Source: a virus (lineage: Duplodnaviria; Caudoviricetes). From it: a stretch of 32,284 nt of DNA. Location: the IMG/VR virus record IMGVR_UViG_3300031820_000012, positions 1 to 32,284 of that record; one strand, given 5' to 3'. Made by a program: the position numbers and the translations under genes. Under the pieces are notes generated by a model, which was given only the letters and a program-made list of their open reading frames with translations, did no database searches and was not told where the DNA came from. Below, piece by piece: positions 1-8,981 of this stretch (position 1 is the first letter of the stretch; each line of letters opens with the position of its first letter).

Positions 1-166
1 CGATGACGGTCTGAAACGTGCCGCCTTTGTCAATGACCTTGGAAAAATTGTGCGTGAAGGGTTGTGCCGTCTGCGGTAATGCAGGATCAGCAAGCCACGT
101 GACGAAAATGATCGCAGCGATGATAAGAAGTCCGAGACCCCAAACACGCATCATGTCAAGCACCAT
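1..166 (-). CDS. Hypothetical protein with N-terminal signal peptide/TM helix (partial, runs off left edge)
   Basis: Not in the ORF track. ATG at 166 overlaps the upstream stop (TGATG) and reads MVLDMMRVWGLGLLIIAAIIFVTWLADPALPQTAQPFTHNFSKVIDKGGTFQTVI, open to the edge. Confidence 0.7.
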   Translation of the reverse strand, partial: MVLDMMRVWGLGLLIIAAIIFVTWLADPALPQTAQPFTHNFSKVIDKGGTFQTVI

Positions 167-699
167 CAGCCGTTCGATCCCGCGAAGCAAAAATAGTTGA
201 CCTTGTTCGATGAGGTCGCCGTCTGCACCAGCGTAAGCGCCGATGCCGTGACGGTGTACTGCATCGATGCGATGTTCGTCTGCCACGTCACGACGCAATT
301 GGGTGCGTTGAGATAGGCTTGCGCGAACGTCGCTGTGCACCCCGTCGGAGAGCCCGTGCCCATCGTGATAGTCCCGGAGACATCGCTGCCGGAAACGGAA
401 GGCGACGTTCCGCAACTCGTCAACGTCGGCGCCGCTCCAAGCGAGCGAATGTGCACGAGGTTGTCGAAGTAAAGATTGGGGATGCCGAGAACGGAGATTT
501 GCGCGAACTGACTGGCGTTCGCACCTTGCGTCTGTGCGGAGAATGATGTGCCGGCATCGCCGAGAATGCCGGTGCCGAGCCAATTCGCAAGATGGGTCGG
601 CGTACACGGGTTGCAATTGTACTGGGCCGATTGCGCCTTGGCATCGACGGGCAGCCACAGCGCGAGGCAACACGCGAGAACGACAAGAAACTTTTTCAT
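166..699 (-). CDS. Signal-peptide-bearing Ser/Thr/Gly-rich protein with tail-fibre-like C-terminal beta domain
   Basis: MKKFLVVLACCLALWLPVDAKA-Q resembles a Sec signal with AxA site. RBS GAGG, ATGA coupling. C-terminus GTITMGTG..CTATFAQAY..APNCVVT resembles small beta-sandwich domains of phage fibres. Confidence 0.75.
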   Translation of the reverse strand: MKKFLVVLACCLALWLPVDAKAQSAQYNCNPCTPTHLANWLGTGILGDAGTSFSAQTQGANASQFAQISVLGIPNLYFDNLVHIRSLGAAPTLTSCGTSPSVSGSDVSGTITMGTGSPTGCTATFAQAYLNAPNCVVTWQTNIASMQYTVTASALTLVQTATSSNKVNYFCFAGSNG

Positions 700-986
700 A
701 GCTTCCTCACAATAGTGTTCACGGCAAGAACGAAGAGCGCGTAGACCGTGAGCGAAACAATTTGGTGCACATTAGGATCGGGGGTCGATGCCCACAACCA
801 CCATGCAGACGAGACGGTGACGATCGTAAAGAGATCGGCGATGGCAGCGATGGCGCGCTGACTGAGGGCGCGTAGCGCCAACATCAGCATGTTCTCGGCG
901 ACGACGTCCTGCTTTTCCGGCGGCGCTTTCAGCGCGAAAGGACCGGCATCATCATCCTCGACGACTTTGAACTCCGTTTTGGCCAT
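696..986 (-). CDS. Small two-TM membrane protein, possible holin
   Basis: Two hydrophobic helices (AIAAIADLFTIVTVSSAWWLW; IVSLTVYALFVLAVNTIV), basic C-terminus, located after virion genes. The holin role is an inference. Confidence 0.55.
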   Translation of the reverse strand: MAKTEFKVVEDDDAGPFALKAPPEKQDVVAENMLMLALRALSQRAIAAIADLFTIVTVSSAWWLWASTPDPNVHQIVSLTVYALFVLAVNTIVRKL

Positions 987-1203
987 GTAAGCTACCCGCT
1001 AATTCGTGGATGGTGGGTTCCCGGTCTTCGTCATCCTCATCGGAGACGAGCGGTTCCTTGCGCAGCAGCGCATAGTACGCGGTTACCACCTTAAAGGCTG
1101 AGGCCTTCTCTTGCAAGGTCATGTCACCCTTGCCAGTGGTGATCTCTTTGAGCAGCGCTTTGGCTGCTTCCTCCATTTGAACGTCGAGATTTTTTTCGAT
1201 CAT
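952..1203 (-). CDS. Hypothetical small helical protein with acidic patch
   Basis: Start reassigned to ATG at 1203 (ATGA overlap with upstream stop): MIEKNLDVQMEEAAKALLKE..., 83 aa. Confidence 0.65.
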   Translation of the reverse strand: MIEKNLDVQMEEAAKALLKEITTGKGDMTLQEKASAFKVVTAYYALLRKEPLVSDEDDEDREPTIHELAGSLHGQNGVQSRRG

Positions 1204-4200
1204 TGTGCTACAGCCTGTGGCATATCCAATTGTCCTTGGCGCGAACGCTCTTGCATCATCTGCCCGGCAGTCCCGCCAAACCAACCGCCCATACGCATGC
1301 GCTCTTTAAGGACGCGCTTGGCAACCTCGCGCTCGATCGGCTCGCCCTTGAGATTACCGGCAAGCCAGTTGAGAAAATTGGGGTGAGACACGCCGTCCAT
1401 GATCGTCGCGAAGACCTTGCCGAGCAGAAAGCGACCGGCAAAAGAGATACCGGGCACGTGCAAAATCATCGACACGCCGGTCAGTTTCGGCAACGGGATA
1501 TGCTGCCAGGGATTAAGGACGCGCGACGCCGCAGCGAGCGAACCACCAACGTCGGGACCGCCCGCAGAAAACAGGAAGTCCATATCTTTCGCCAGCTGCA
1601 CCATCTGCCCGCGCGTCACGCCGGGGAACATCAATGCTTGCACTTCGTCAGTGATACCCTTTTTGGGATCGCCGATCTGTTCGAGCATCTTGCCGGTCTC
1701 GCCAAGCGGACGCTGGAAAAAGCGATAGGCATAGACTTGCTGCAACGCTTTGAACTCGGGCGACTCCCGTCCAAACATCTGCGCAGCAGCGCGGATCGTA
1801 TCTTCCTTTGCCAGGATCTTGTCGGCGGCGGCAGTGGCAAGCCCGCTCATCTTCTCTTCGTAGAGAAATCCAAGCGGTTCGGCGCGACGCTCCCCTTGCG
1901 CTTTGCGAACCTTGACATTGTAGTCCTTGTCAAGCCGCTGCATTTCCTGCGACAACATCTTGAGCGGATCAATGTCCGCCATCTTCTTGGCAGATTGCGC
2001 GGCGACCTGTGCCGTCTTCATCAACTCTTGGATGGTGCTGCCCTCGCGAGCAGCAAGCGGCACCGTACCATTGACGGATTGAATGTCCTCCGCCATCGCT
2101 GCCAATCGACGCGCAGTCACTTCGTCATAAGCGTTTTTCAACAGCCCGTTGCGCACGAGTTCCTGAACCTGCGACGCAAACTTTTGGCCATCATACACGC
2201 CGGGCGTCAATGTGCGGCTCTGATCCAACAGGTATTTGGTGTGTGCGTTCTGCACTTGCGCCCAATAATTATCGCCGACCATTTCGCGGATCTTAAACAT
2301 GGCTTCCGTGTGATCAGGCGCGAACAATGTGCGCGCCAATGACTCAGGGTTGCCACCGGACCCCGCCCGTAATGCTCGCCGCACTGTCTTGATCCGCTCG
2401 TCGTCGAGCATCGGTACGAACTGCCGATAAAAATTGTCGGCTCGATCGAGCATCTTCGCTGCTTCTTTCAACTGCTCGGGAGCTTTCTTATCGTGCAAAA
2501 CCGCGTTGATTTTCTTTTCCAAGAATATCAGCGACCCCTGTCGAATGTCAGGGGTCAAATCGTTGTAGTCGATGCCATAGCGAACCCACGAACGCAGCTG
2601 CCGCAGCTGCGGCCATGTGATTTGCTCGAAATCCTTTTCCGTTCCAGCAAACGTTTGTGCGCCAGCGCCGGTTTCCGTCTCGGTCATTTTTGCGAGTGTA
2701 CGAATCTCATTCGGGTACTTGTCACGAAATGCTTGTGGCAAGCCATGCAAAAATGCCGTCGCATCATCCATCAATGACGAAGTATCGGGAAGCACATTGC
2801 CGGCTGTCGCATCAACTGCGTTATACATACGCCGCGCCCGTATCTTCACGGCATAAGCGAACTCTTCAAACTTGGTACCAACCATTTTCCACAACGCGCC
2901 GGGATTTTCACCGGCATCGTGCATCTTAATCGCGCTGTCGACATCCTTGCGAAGATGATCGAGGCTTTCCTTGATCAAAATCTCCGCTTGTTCCGTCATC
3001 TGCTTGTGCGTGGAGTCCAAATTCTCCAGCAATGCAGCGTGAAGCGCCTGTGCTTTCTCAGGTCCGAGCCCGTGCGTGGTGCGCAATGTTGCTTCCTCGC
3101 GGGCTCCACGGATTGCGTTCTCAAGTTGTGCATCGGCGTGCGCCATATCCTTGCGCGCGGCTGCCAACACGGCTTCACCGGCTTTTTCAGAAGGCACTTT
3201 TTCGGTAGCTCGGGTCAACGGCGATGCGATACTGACATCGAGCATCTCGTTTTCGAGGATCTTCGTCGCTTCTTTTTCGTAAAACTCTTGCGCTGCTTGA
3301 CCAAACACATTCTGCGCGCGGAAAACAGCGTCGAATTCCTCGATCTTTTTCAGTCCCGGTGCTTCCGGCGCGAACACGGAAGGCGGGACTTTGCCCCCAC
3401 GCTCCGCAATGCTCGCCGCTTGCTTCGCGACCTCGGGAGTTGTGCCCAAAAAGTAACGTGCCCGATCAGGCGAGATGCCAAAACTCTCAAGCACCTTCGG
3501 CAAATTCTCTTTGACGCCCTCAATGACGCCGGTCGCCTTGTCTTTCGCAGCACCAATGGCATCCGAGGCGCTTTTGACGACACCGGGCACCTTGGAAAGC
3601 AGATGCCCACCCGCTTGGCCGACAGCGGAAGCAGCTGCTTCCTCGCTCATCGACTCCACTTGCGTGCTCATGTCTTCGTGGATGCCGGCAAGACTGAGAA
3701 CAACGTTGTTGAACTGCCGCCCCGCCGCAGCACCAAGCGTCATGCCGCCGAAAGCGCCGGCTGCCGTTCCAGCGCCGGGCTCTACCGATCCACCGACACC
3801 ACCGAGAACACCGCCGCCTATGCCACCCGCGAGCGGTGCTGCATCGGACAGCACGTGTCCAATGGCGCTTGTAACACCGCGACCCGGCTTGCGTGCCACG
3901 CCGTCATCGTCGACCCACAAACCATACTCGTCTTCTTTGACTTTATCTTCGCCATAAGTGCGAGCAAGCGCCTGTTTTCGGCCTTTGTCAGTCAGCGCCA
4001 TCTTGTAAAGCGTATCAGCCGTGGTGCTGACACCTTGGAACTGCTTTTTCTTACGGACCTCGCCCTCGGGATCGACGTACGAAGCGCCATCAGGCACTTT
4101 GTCCCACGATGCTTTGTCAGTTACGGCCCACGGCTTCGTGCGCGTCTGCCCGGTGGGATCGATATAGCGATGCCCCGAGCCGATTTGCTCGTAGTCTTCC

Positions 4201-4286
4201 GTGCTCGCGACCTTCTTGGGAAAAAGTCCGATCGTATCGTACGGTGCGTCGTGAGGGACGGCTTGCGGGTTGGCTTCGTCGGCCAT
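1200..4286 (-). CDS. Large internal virion / DNA ejection protein (positional analogue of P22/T7 ejection proteins)
   Basis: 1028 aa from MADEANPQ (ATG 4286 overlaps upstream stop). Helical, with a Gly/Ala-rich hydrophobic segment (PLAGGIGGGVLGGVGG...AGAFGG). Last and largest of three consecutive such genes. Confidence 0.7.
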   Translation of the reverse strand: MADEANPQAVPHDAPYDTIGLFPKKVASTEDYEQIGSGHRYIDPTGQTRTKPWAVTDKASWDKVPDGASYVDPEGEVRKKKQFQGVSTTADTLYKMALTDKGRKQALARTYGEDKVKEDEYGLWVDDDGVARKPGRGVTSAIGHVLSDAAPLAGGIGGGVLGGVGGSVEPGAGTAAGAFGGMTLGAAAGRQFNNVVLSLAGIHEDMSTQVESMSEEAAASAVGQAGGHLLSKVPGVVKSASDAIGAAKDKATGVIEGVKENLPKVLESFGISPDRARYFLGTTPEVAKQAASIAERGGKVPPSVFAPEAPGLKKIEEFDAVFRAQNVFGQAAQEFYEKEATKILENEMLDVSIASPLTRATEKVPSEKAGEAVLAAARKDMAHADAQLENAIRGAREEATLRTTHGLGPEKAQALHAALLENLDSTHKQMTEQAEILIKESLDHLRKDVDSAIKMHDAGENPGALWKMVGTKFEEFAYAVKIRARRMYNAVDATAGNVLPDTSSLMDDATAFLHGLPQAFRDKYPNEIRTLAKMTETETGAGAQTFAGTEKDFEQITWPQLRQLRSWVRYGIDYNDLTPDIRQGSLIFLEKKINAVLHDKKAPEQLKEAAKMLDRADNFYRQFVPMLDDERIKTVRRALRAGSGGNPESLARTLFAPDHTEAMFKIREMVGDNYWAQVQNAHTKYLLDQSRTLTPGVYDGQKFASQVQELVRNGLLKNAYDEVTARRLAAMAEDIQSVNGTVPLAAREGSTIQELMKTAQVAAQSAKKMADIDPLKMLSQEMQRLDKDYNVKVRKAQGERRAEPLGFLYEEKMSGLATAAADKILAKEDTIRAAAQMFGRESPEFKALQQVYAYRFFQRPLGETGKMLEQIGDPKKGITDEVQALMFPGVTRGQMVQLAKDMDFLFSAGGPDVGGSLAAASRVLNPWQHIPLPKLTGVSMILHVPGISFAGRFLLGKVFATIMDGVSHPNFLNWLAGNLKGEPIEREVAKRVLKERMRMGGWFGGTAGQMMQERSRQGQLDMPQAVAQ

Positions 4287-5860
4287 CAGGGCGACCCCAC
4301 AACAGGGTCGCGCAGCCATGGCGCGTCGTTTTTCTTCGGCTTCGCCTTATCGCCGCCCGCGCCTTCGATTTCACCTTCCCTGCGATAACGAGCGGCGAGA
4401 GCTTCGCGTAGCCGGCCGAACTCGGCCTTGAGTTCCTGCATGCGGCGGATAGTGTTCGCAGTGGTGTCGCCGAAATTCAAGCCGCGGATGATCTTATCGA
4501 CCTCCGCATGCTCTGCAGAGAGTGGGCGACCGTTCGCGTCGAGCAAGAGCCGCGGCGCAATCAACTTCAATTCGCTGATTGCACTCTCCAACTCTGCGCG
4601 ATCCGTCGCATTTGAACCCAAAATGTTTGAAAGCTTTTCACCCAAGCGCGCAGCGGCACCCGGCGCACCAACCGGCAACGTGTGCTTGTTGATCAGCGAC
4701 AAGATCTTATCGACTTTCCCCGACGCTTCATCAAAATGACCGATCTGCGTCTCGCCCTTGACCATCTGATTGCCAGTAATACCCGCTGCGCCCGCTTGTT
4801 TGGCAAAGCGTAGTCCTTCAGCCAAGGCGTTTTCTTCATCTTTAGTCGTCCATTCCTTGCCGGCGCTCGCGGCTTCTTGCTGTTTTTGCGCGACATGATC
4901 GAGAACAATCTTGCGCTCGATCCCTGCCAAGCCTTTGCCGCCGGATTCGCCAGTCAAGTAAGCCGGCAAGAACGACCGATGGATCTCCGCCCACCGTTCC
5001 GGGGGCGCCGTCGGGTTCTTGGCAAGCTCCGCTTGGATCGCAAGCTCTTCTGCTGTCTCTTTCGGCTGAAAAATCTGTTTGTACAACTGGAATTTCTCTT
5101 GCGGAGTGCCATAAAAACGCTTGTCGGACTTGAGCACGGATTGAATCATGCTCGTGCCTTCATTTTGAAGGTCGGCGTCCAGCGCTTTTTGCATCCCAAC
5201 GACAGACTTGTTGCGTGCGTCGATCGTCTCGAACCATTTCATGTCGTAGCCGTGTTCGAGCAGCGTCAACGCCTGGATATCCCCATAGCGCGTCGCAGAT
5301 TCCTTCATCATTTGCGTGCCGCGCTCGTAATCGGTTTTCATCATCTCAAGCGCTTCTTGGTACTGCTCGTGCATCATCTTCCCGCGCTCGATCGCGAGCT
5401 TCGTGTTCTCCTGCCACGCCTGATGTGCCAGATTGTACTCGTGCTCTTTACCGTCGCGCACCGCATTCATCGCAGCAGCAGCACCGTTCAAGGCATTTTC
5501 CATTGGCGTTTTCGTAAACGCGCTCGCGGCAATAGCGAACACAGACGCAAACGATCCAAAAGCTTCAATTGGGTCGTACGCGTACTTTTGTCGCTCGGTT
5601 CGGATGTCCCAAGGCTTGAGGTCGTTGAGTTGAGCGCCTTCGGCCTTGTGCCAGTGCTGCATTTCTGCAGAATGCTCTGAGGCAGCCCGTTTGGTAGCTG
5701 CGGAAATTGCTTCGTCACGGTTGATTTTCTCACCGAGATTGGACACGCCAAGCCGCTGCAAATCGTTCGGCATCGCGACGAGTTCGTCGAGCGACTTGCC
5801 GGCATAAGGATTCGCGGAAGGCGTCGCGTCGCTGACAACTTGTGCGGCGGGTTCAGCCAT
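4286..5860 (-). CDS. Putative internal virion / ejection protein
   Basis: 524 aa, helical, coiled-coil-like, one hydrophobic segment (FGSFASVFAIAASAF), located between the other two ejection-like genes. Confidence 0.65.
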   Translation of the reverse strand: MAEPAAQVVSDATPSANPYAGKSLDELVAMPNDLQRLGVSNLGEKINRDEAISAATKRAASEHSAEMQHWHKAEGAQLNDLKPWDIRTERQKYAYDPIEAFGSFASVFAIAASAFTKTPMENALNGAAAAMNAVRDGKEHEYNLAHQAWQENTKLAIERGKMMHEQYQEALEMMKTDYERGTQMMKESATRYGDIQALTLLEHGYDMKWFETIDARNKSVVGMQKALDADLQNEGTSMIQSVLKSDKRFYGTPQEKFQLYKQIFQPKETAEELAIQAELAKNPTAPPERWAEIHRSFLPAYLTGESGGKGLAGIERKIVLDHVAQKQQEAASAGKEWTTKDEENALAEGLRFAKQAGAAGITGNQMVKGETQIGHFDEASGKVDKILSLINKHTLPVGAPGAAARLGEKLSNILGSNATDRAELESAISELKLIAPRLLLDANGRPLSAEHAEVDKIIRGLNFGDTTANTIRRMQELKAEFGRLREALAARYRREGEIEGAGGDKAKPKKNDAPWLRDPVVGSP

Positions 5861-5863
5861 CGA

Positions 5864-7132
5864 TTATGTCGTCCCTCCCGCACCAATCGTGATCGAGGTG
5901 CCGGGAATTGCCGTACGACCGGCAAGGCTGCCCGCGAAGTTCGCAATCGCCTTGCCCATGTTCGTTGCTTGCGTCTGATCGATGCCGACAAGCGTCGTAT
6001 ACAACTGATCGCTCATGCCCGCCGCTGTTTGTCCCGACGACAACAACTGCGTCGCGAGTTGACCTTGCGTCGCCGCTGCGCGCTCGTCGACGGCCGCGAG
6101 ATCTTGCGCGAGCGCAGAGTTTTGCGAGGGGTCGGTCGACTCGCCTTTCGACGCGTAATTGGAAAGGATCGACGCTTTCGCAGAGGCGCTCGCTTGCGCG
6201 ACCTCCGCGGCGAGACCGGGAGGAAGACCGCCGCTTGTGATATAAGATGACAACGTATTCGCTTGAGCCGCTTCCTTTGATGCGGCATCCTGCAACGCTT
6301 TCTGGTTTGCCGTCGCTTTCTGCCCTTGCAAAATGCTGTAACCCAAGCCGGTGGCACCCGCGAGGACGCCAAGTGGGTTGGACGTGAGAGACTTCGCAGC
6401 GCCCGATCCGAGCGTCCCCAAGGGATCGTGCATCAACGACTCTAACGGATTTGGAGTCGCGGCAGCAGGCGTCACTGCGGGGGCTGCGCCAGCGGCAGGA
6501 GCGGCGACCGGCGTGAACGATGTTCCTGAACCCGCGGCCGTGGGAAAGCCGGGAGCGCCTGCCGCTTGCACACCTTGTCCAGCACCAGCTGTTGCAGTCG
6601 ACGACAAATCAACAGGACTGGCACCGACCGGCGCGAGCGGAGCGGCAGCCGCATTGGCAACAGGCGCCGCACCCGACGCGGCATCGGGGAACGTGCCAGA
6701 ACCAGCAGGAGCGCCTGTCGCCGCATCAGTTGCACTCCATCCTGTCCAATTCATGGGATTAAGAGAGCCGTCACCGGCAGAGGCAATAGGCATGCCGCCG
6801 ATCGTGCCGGGAACATCGGCAGCCCCCGTCGTCAACCCTTGAGCGAAGCCGGCAGTAGGGTTGGCACCCAGCGCGAAATTGCCACCTGTGGCGCTGCCGA
6901 TATCAGCGAACGGCGTACTGGCAGCGGCAGCATCAGGAGTGAGCGCAGAAAGCCCTTCAGCGGCCCCAAAACCGGCCGCAGCGCCGCCCAATGCAGGCGC
7001 GAGACCCAAACCTGCCGCCGCTGGAGCGGCAGCAGCGGCGCCTCCTAGAGCAGTGGCCCCAGTAGCCGCACCGCCTCCTGCGAGCAAGCTTCCCAAACCT
7101 GCAATGGCTTCGCCAATACCGAGGTCGGGCAT
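5864..7132 (-). CDS. Ala/Gly/Pro/Thr-rich putative ejection (pilot) protein
   Basis: Start reassigned to ATG 7132 (GGAG RBS): MPDLGIGEAIAGLGSLLAGG. Low-complexity N-half and Gln/Ala helical C-half typical of podovirus ejection proteins. Confidence 0.65.
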   Translation of the reverse strand: MPDLGIGEAIAGLGSLLAGGGAATGATALGGAAAAAPAAAGLGLAPALGGAAAGFGAAEGLSALTPDAAAASTPFADIGSATGGNFALGANPTAGFAQGLTTGAADVPGTIGGMPIASAGDGSLNPMNWTGWSATDAATGAPAGSGTFPDAASGAAPVANAAAAPLAPVGASPVDLSSTATAGAGQGVQAAGAPGFPTAAGSGTSFTPVAAPAAGAAPAVTPAAATPNPLESLMHDPLGTLGSGAAKSLTSNPLGVLAGATGLGYSILQGQKATANQKALQDAASKEAAQANTLSSYITSGGLPPGLAAEVAQASASAKASILSNYASKGESTDPSQNSALAQDLAAVDERAAATQGQLATQLLSSGQTAAGMSDQLYTTLVGIDQTQATNMGKAIANFAGSLAGRTAIPGTSITIGAGGTT

Positions 7133-7161
7133 GTCTAACACTCCATTAAACAAAAATTTAC

Positions 7162-7683
7162 TTAAGCACTCAACTTTTCCTGTTGGATCTCTGACGGATC
7201 AATTTCGTACGTCATGGCAATGGGCCGGTAGCCCATCTTCTCCAGCATGCGCCCATTGGACGCCTTTGGGTTCGTCTCGATCCTAACACGTTTTGCGCCG
7301 GCCGCACAGAGCCTTAGCGCCGCTTGTTCGAGCATCGCTTTCTGTATGAACACTCGGCCCGCCCCATCCTCGACGTAATAGGTCGGGATGGTGCCGATCA
7401 TCATGCCGACCGAGTTGGGGTGCTGGTGATACACACCGACGGCATAGCCGATCGGCCGGCCGGGCGACTGATCGTCTCTCGGCGATGGCTCATCGTCCGA
7501 CTCCCGCTCGTAAACAATCAGGACGAACAAGCTACCGCGTTCCTCCATTGCCCGATACAAATTGAAATCGGGCGCGAGCGGCACACTGTTATCGCCGGTC
7601 TCCGCATATTGGCGCGCAAGCATCTGCTCGATGCATTTGCGCGCTACGTCATGCGGTTCTTTCTTGCACGTTCGCTTGCTCAC
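7162..7683 (-). CDS. GNAT-fold acetyltransferase-like protein
   Basis: GTG start at 7683 with GAGG RBS. Motifs PLAPDFNLYRAMEERGSL, PIGY, AGAKRVRIET, RMLEKMGYRP resemble GNAT-like genes found before podovirus ejection genes. Confidence 0.7.
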   Translation of the reverse strand: MSKRTCKKEPHDVARKCIEQMLARQYAETGDNSVPLAPDFNLYRAMEERGSLFVLIVYERESDDEPSPRDDQSPGRPIGYAVGVYHQHPNSVGMMIGTIPTYYVEDGAGRVFIQKAMLEQAALRLCAAGAKRVRIETNPKASNGRMLEKMGYRPIAMTYEIDPSEIQQEKLSA

Positions 7684-8206
7684 TCGGGTCCTCTTTCGAC
7701 AAACCGGGACGGCGCTTGGGGTTGATGTCGGCAACGAGTTGGCGAACTTCCATCACGCGTTTGCCGAAAATCTTGTCGACTGTCTCCATCGGTACGTCGC
7801 TATGCTGCAAGACGATGATCTTGGTCGCGCCTTGATTGCCGGCCCAACGCACCATCTCGCCGTAGAAGTCCGCGGCCTCCGCGATGTGCTCTTCGTTGTT
7901 CGGATTTTCCGCGAAGACGAAGCGCTCCATGATGACCGGAGTCGGCTCGAACATGGTCGTACGAATGACTTGCGCCAAACCGACGGCATGCGGCATGAAC
8001 AGAAACAGGAACTCGGGGCTGTACAGCTGGTTGCGAAGAAAACTGTCGACGGCGTAAGCCGTCATGTGCGGGCAAATTTTCACGATCCGATCGCGCAGCC
8101 ACAGATGCCGATTGAAATCGGCAAGCTCGAACCGCCGCACAAGCGGACGCTCGACCTTCGGCGCTGCGTTGAACCCCTCAGAGGGGGCAAGTTTCGTTTG
8201 TGCCAC
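7649..8206 (-). CDS. Hypothetical protein, probable degenerate GNAT fold
   Basis: AGGAG RBS plus GTG. VRRFELADF at the N-terminus and FYGEMVRWAGNQGATKIIV near the C-terminus resemble GNAT elements. Confidence 0.55.
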   Translation of the reverse strand: MAQTKLAPSEGFNAAPKVERPLVRRFELADFNRHLWLRDRIVKICPHMTAYAVDSFLRNQLYSPEFLFLFMPHAVGLAQVIRTTMFEPTPVIMERFVFAENPNNEEHIAEAADFYGEMVRWAGNQGATKIIVLQHSDVPMETVDKIFGKRVMEVRQLVADINPKRRPGLSKEDPSEQANVQERTA

Positions 8207-8215
8207 GGCGTTCTC

Positions 8216-8554
8216 CTAGGCTATAAGCAGTTGATTAGCCCACTGGAAATGCTCGTTTGCGTGCATCTGTATCCAGCCGGCTAATTGACCTTTATCTCTA
8301 AAGTCGACGTCGGTCAAATCAAAGCCCGACACACTCAAGATCCCGTTCGTCGTCGTATGCATCTGCTGATGCTGATATAACCACGCACCTATGTCGTTCA
8401 GAGGCATCGGATCGAGCACGAATGACGCGATATTGATGCCCGAGATCTGAAAGATCACGCGATTGATATCGACGTGATGCGCAGCATTGTCGAAGCTCCA
8501 CTGCGAGAACTCTTCGGGAGTGCCGGGGACGTTGAAGATGCCGGCAATAGCCAT
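8216..8554 (-). CDS. Small protein with three W-x3-(H/N)-x3-H helical repeats
   Basis: ATG 8554 (MAIAGIFNVP); WSFDNAAHH, WLYQHQQMH, WIQMHANEH. Confidence 0.7.
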   Translation of the reverse strand: MAIAGIFNVPGTPEEFSQWSFDNAAHHVDINRVIFQISGINIASFVLDPMPLNDIGAWLYQHQQMHTTTNGILSVSGFDLTDVDFRDKGQLAGWIQMHANEHFQWANQLLIA

Positions 8555-8555
8555 G

Positions 8556-8981
8556 TCACGCCTTTGCCAAAACGGCGGCAACCGCCGCTTGATGCGCTTC
8601 GAATGCTTTCATCTCGGCAGCACGTGCGTCGCTGGCTGCTTTGTCGGCAGCATCCCGTTCGGCCTTCCTCCGATTTTCCAACCAAGCTTTGAACATCTTG
8701 TACTTCTGGAAATTCGGAAACGCCGCGCTCAACTCCTCATCAGTCGGCTTGTGATCAAAATCGATCTCATCAGCCGCTTTTTCGATCGTCGGCTGTAGCA
8801 AAAAATGACCCGGCGCAACCCACGGCGGTTCCTCACCGACGAATTGCGGATGCTCGTCGATGTAAAGCCGGCGTCCGTCAAGCCCGCGCTTGTCGCGATT
8901 GTCGATCACATAAATAGACGCATCACGAAACGCAATGTGATCGCCGGCATCTCGATAGAGATAACGTTGCTTAATTGTCAT
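8556..8981 (-). CDS. Hypothetical protein, possible tail-fibre assembly factor
   Basis: 141 aa, coupled to the tail fibre stop. The function is a positional inference only. Confidence 0.6.
   Translation of the reverse strand: MTIKQRYLYRDAGDHIAFRDASIYVIDNRDKRGLDGRRLYIDEHPQFVGEEPPWVAPGHFLLQPTIEKAADEIDFDHKPTDEELSAAFPNFQKYKMFKAWLENRRKAERDAADKAASDARAAEMKAFEAHQAAVAAVLAKA

Noticed and set aside
952-1203. Possible T7 gp18-like terminase small subunit
   Set aside because: Only size and helical/acidic character are similar. It has no recognisable motif and lies far from terL.
1203-5680. Long plus-strand ORFs (1203..2342, 2919..4388, 4877..5680) and similar ones elsewhere (e.g. 9945..11063, 29667..30773)
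   Set aside because: Antisense shadows of well-supported minus-strand genes in GC-rich DNA, with no RBS or recognisable motifs.
5864-7132. Apparent repeats in the Ala/Gly-rich gene
   Set aside because: Low-complexity coding sequence with no discrete DNA repeat unit.
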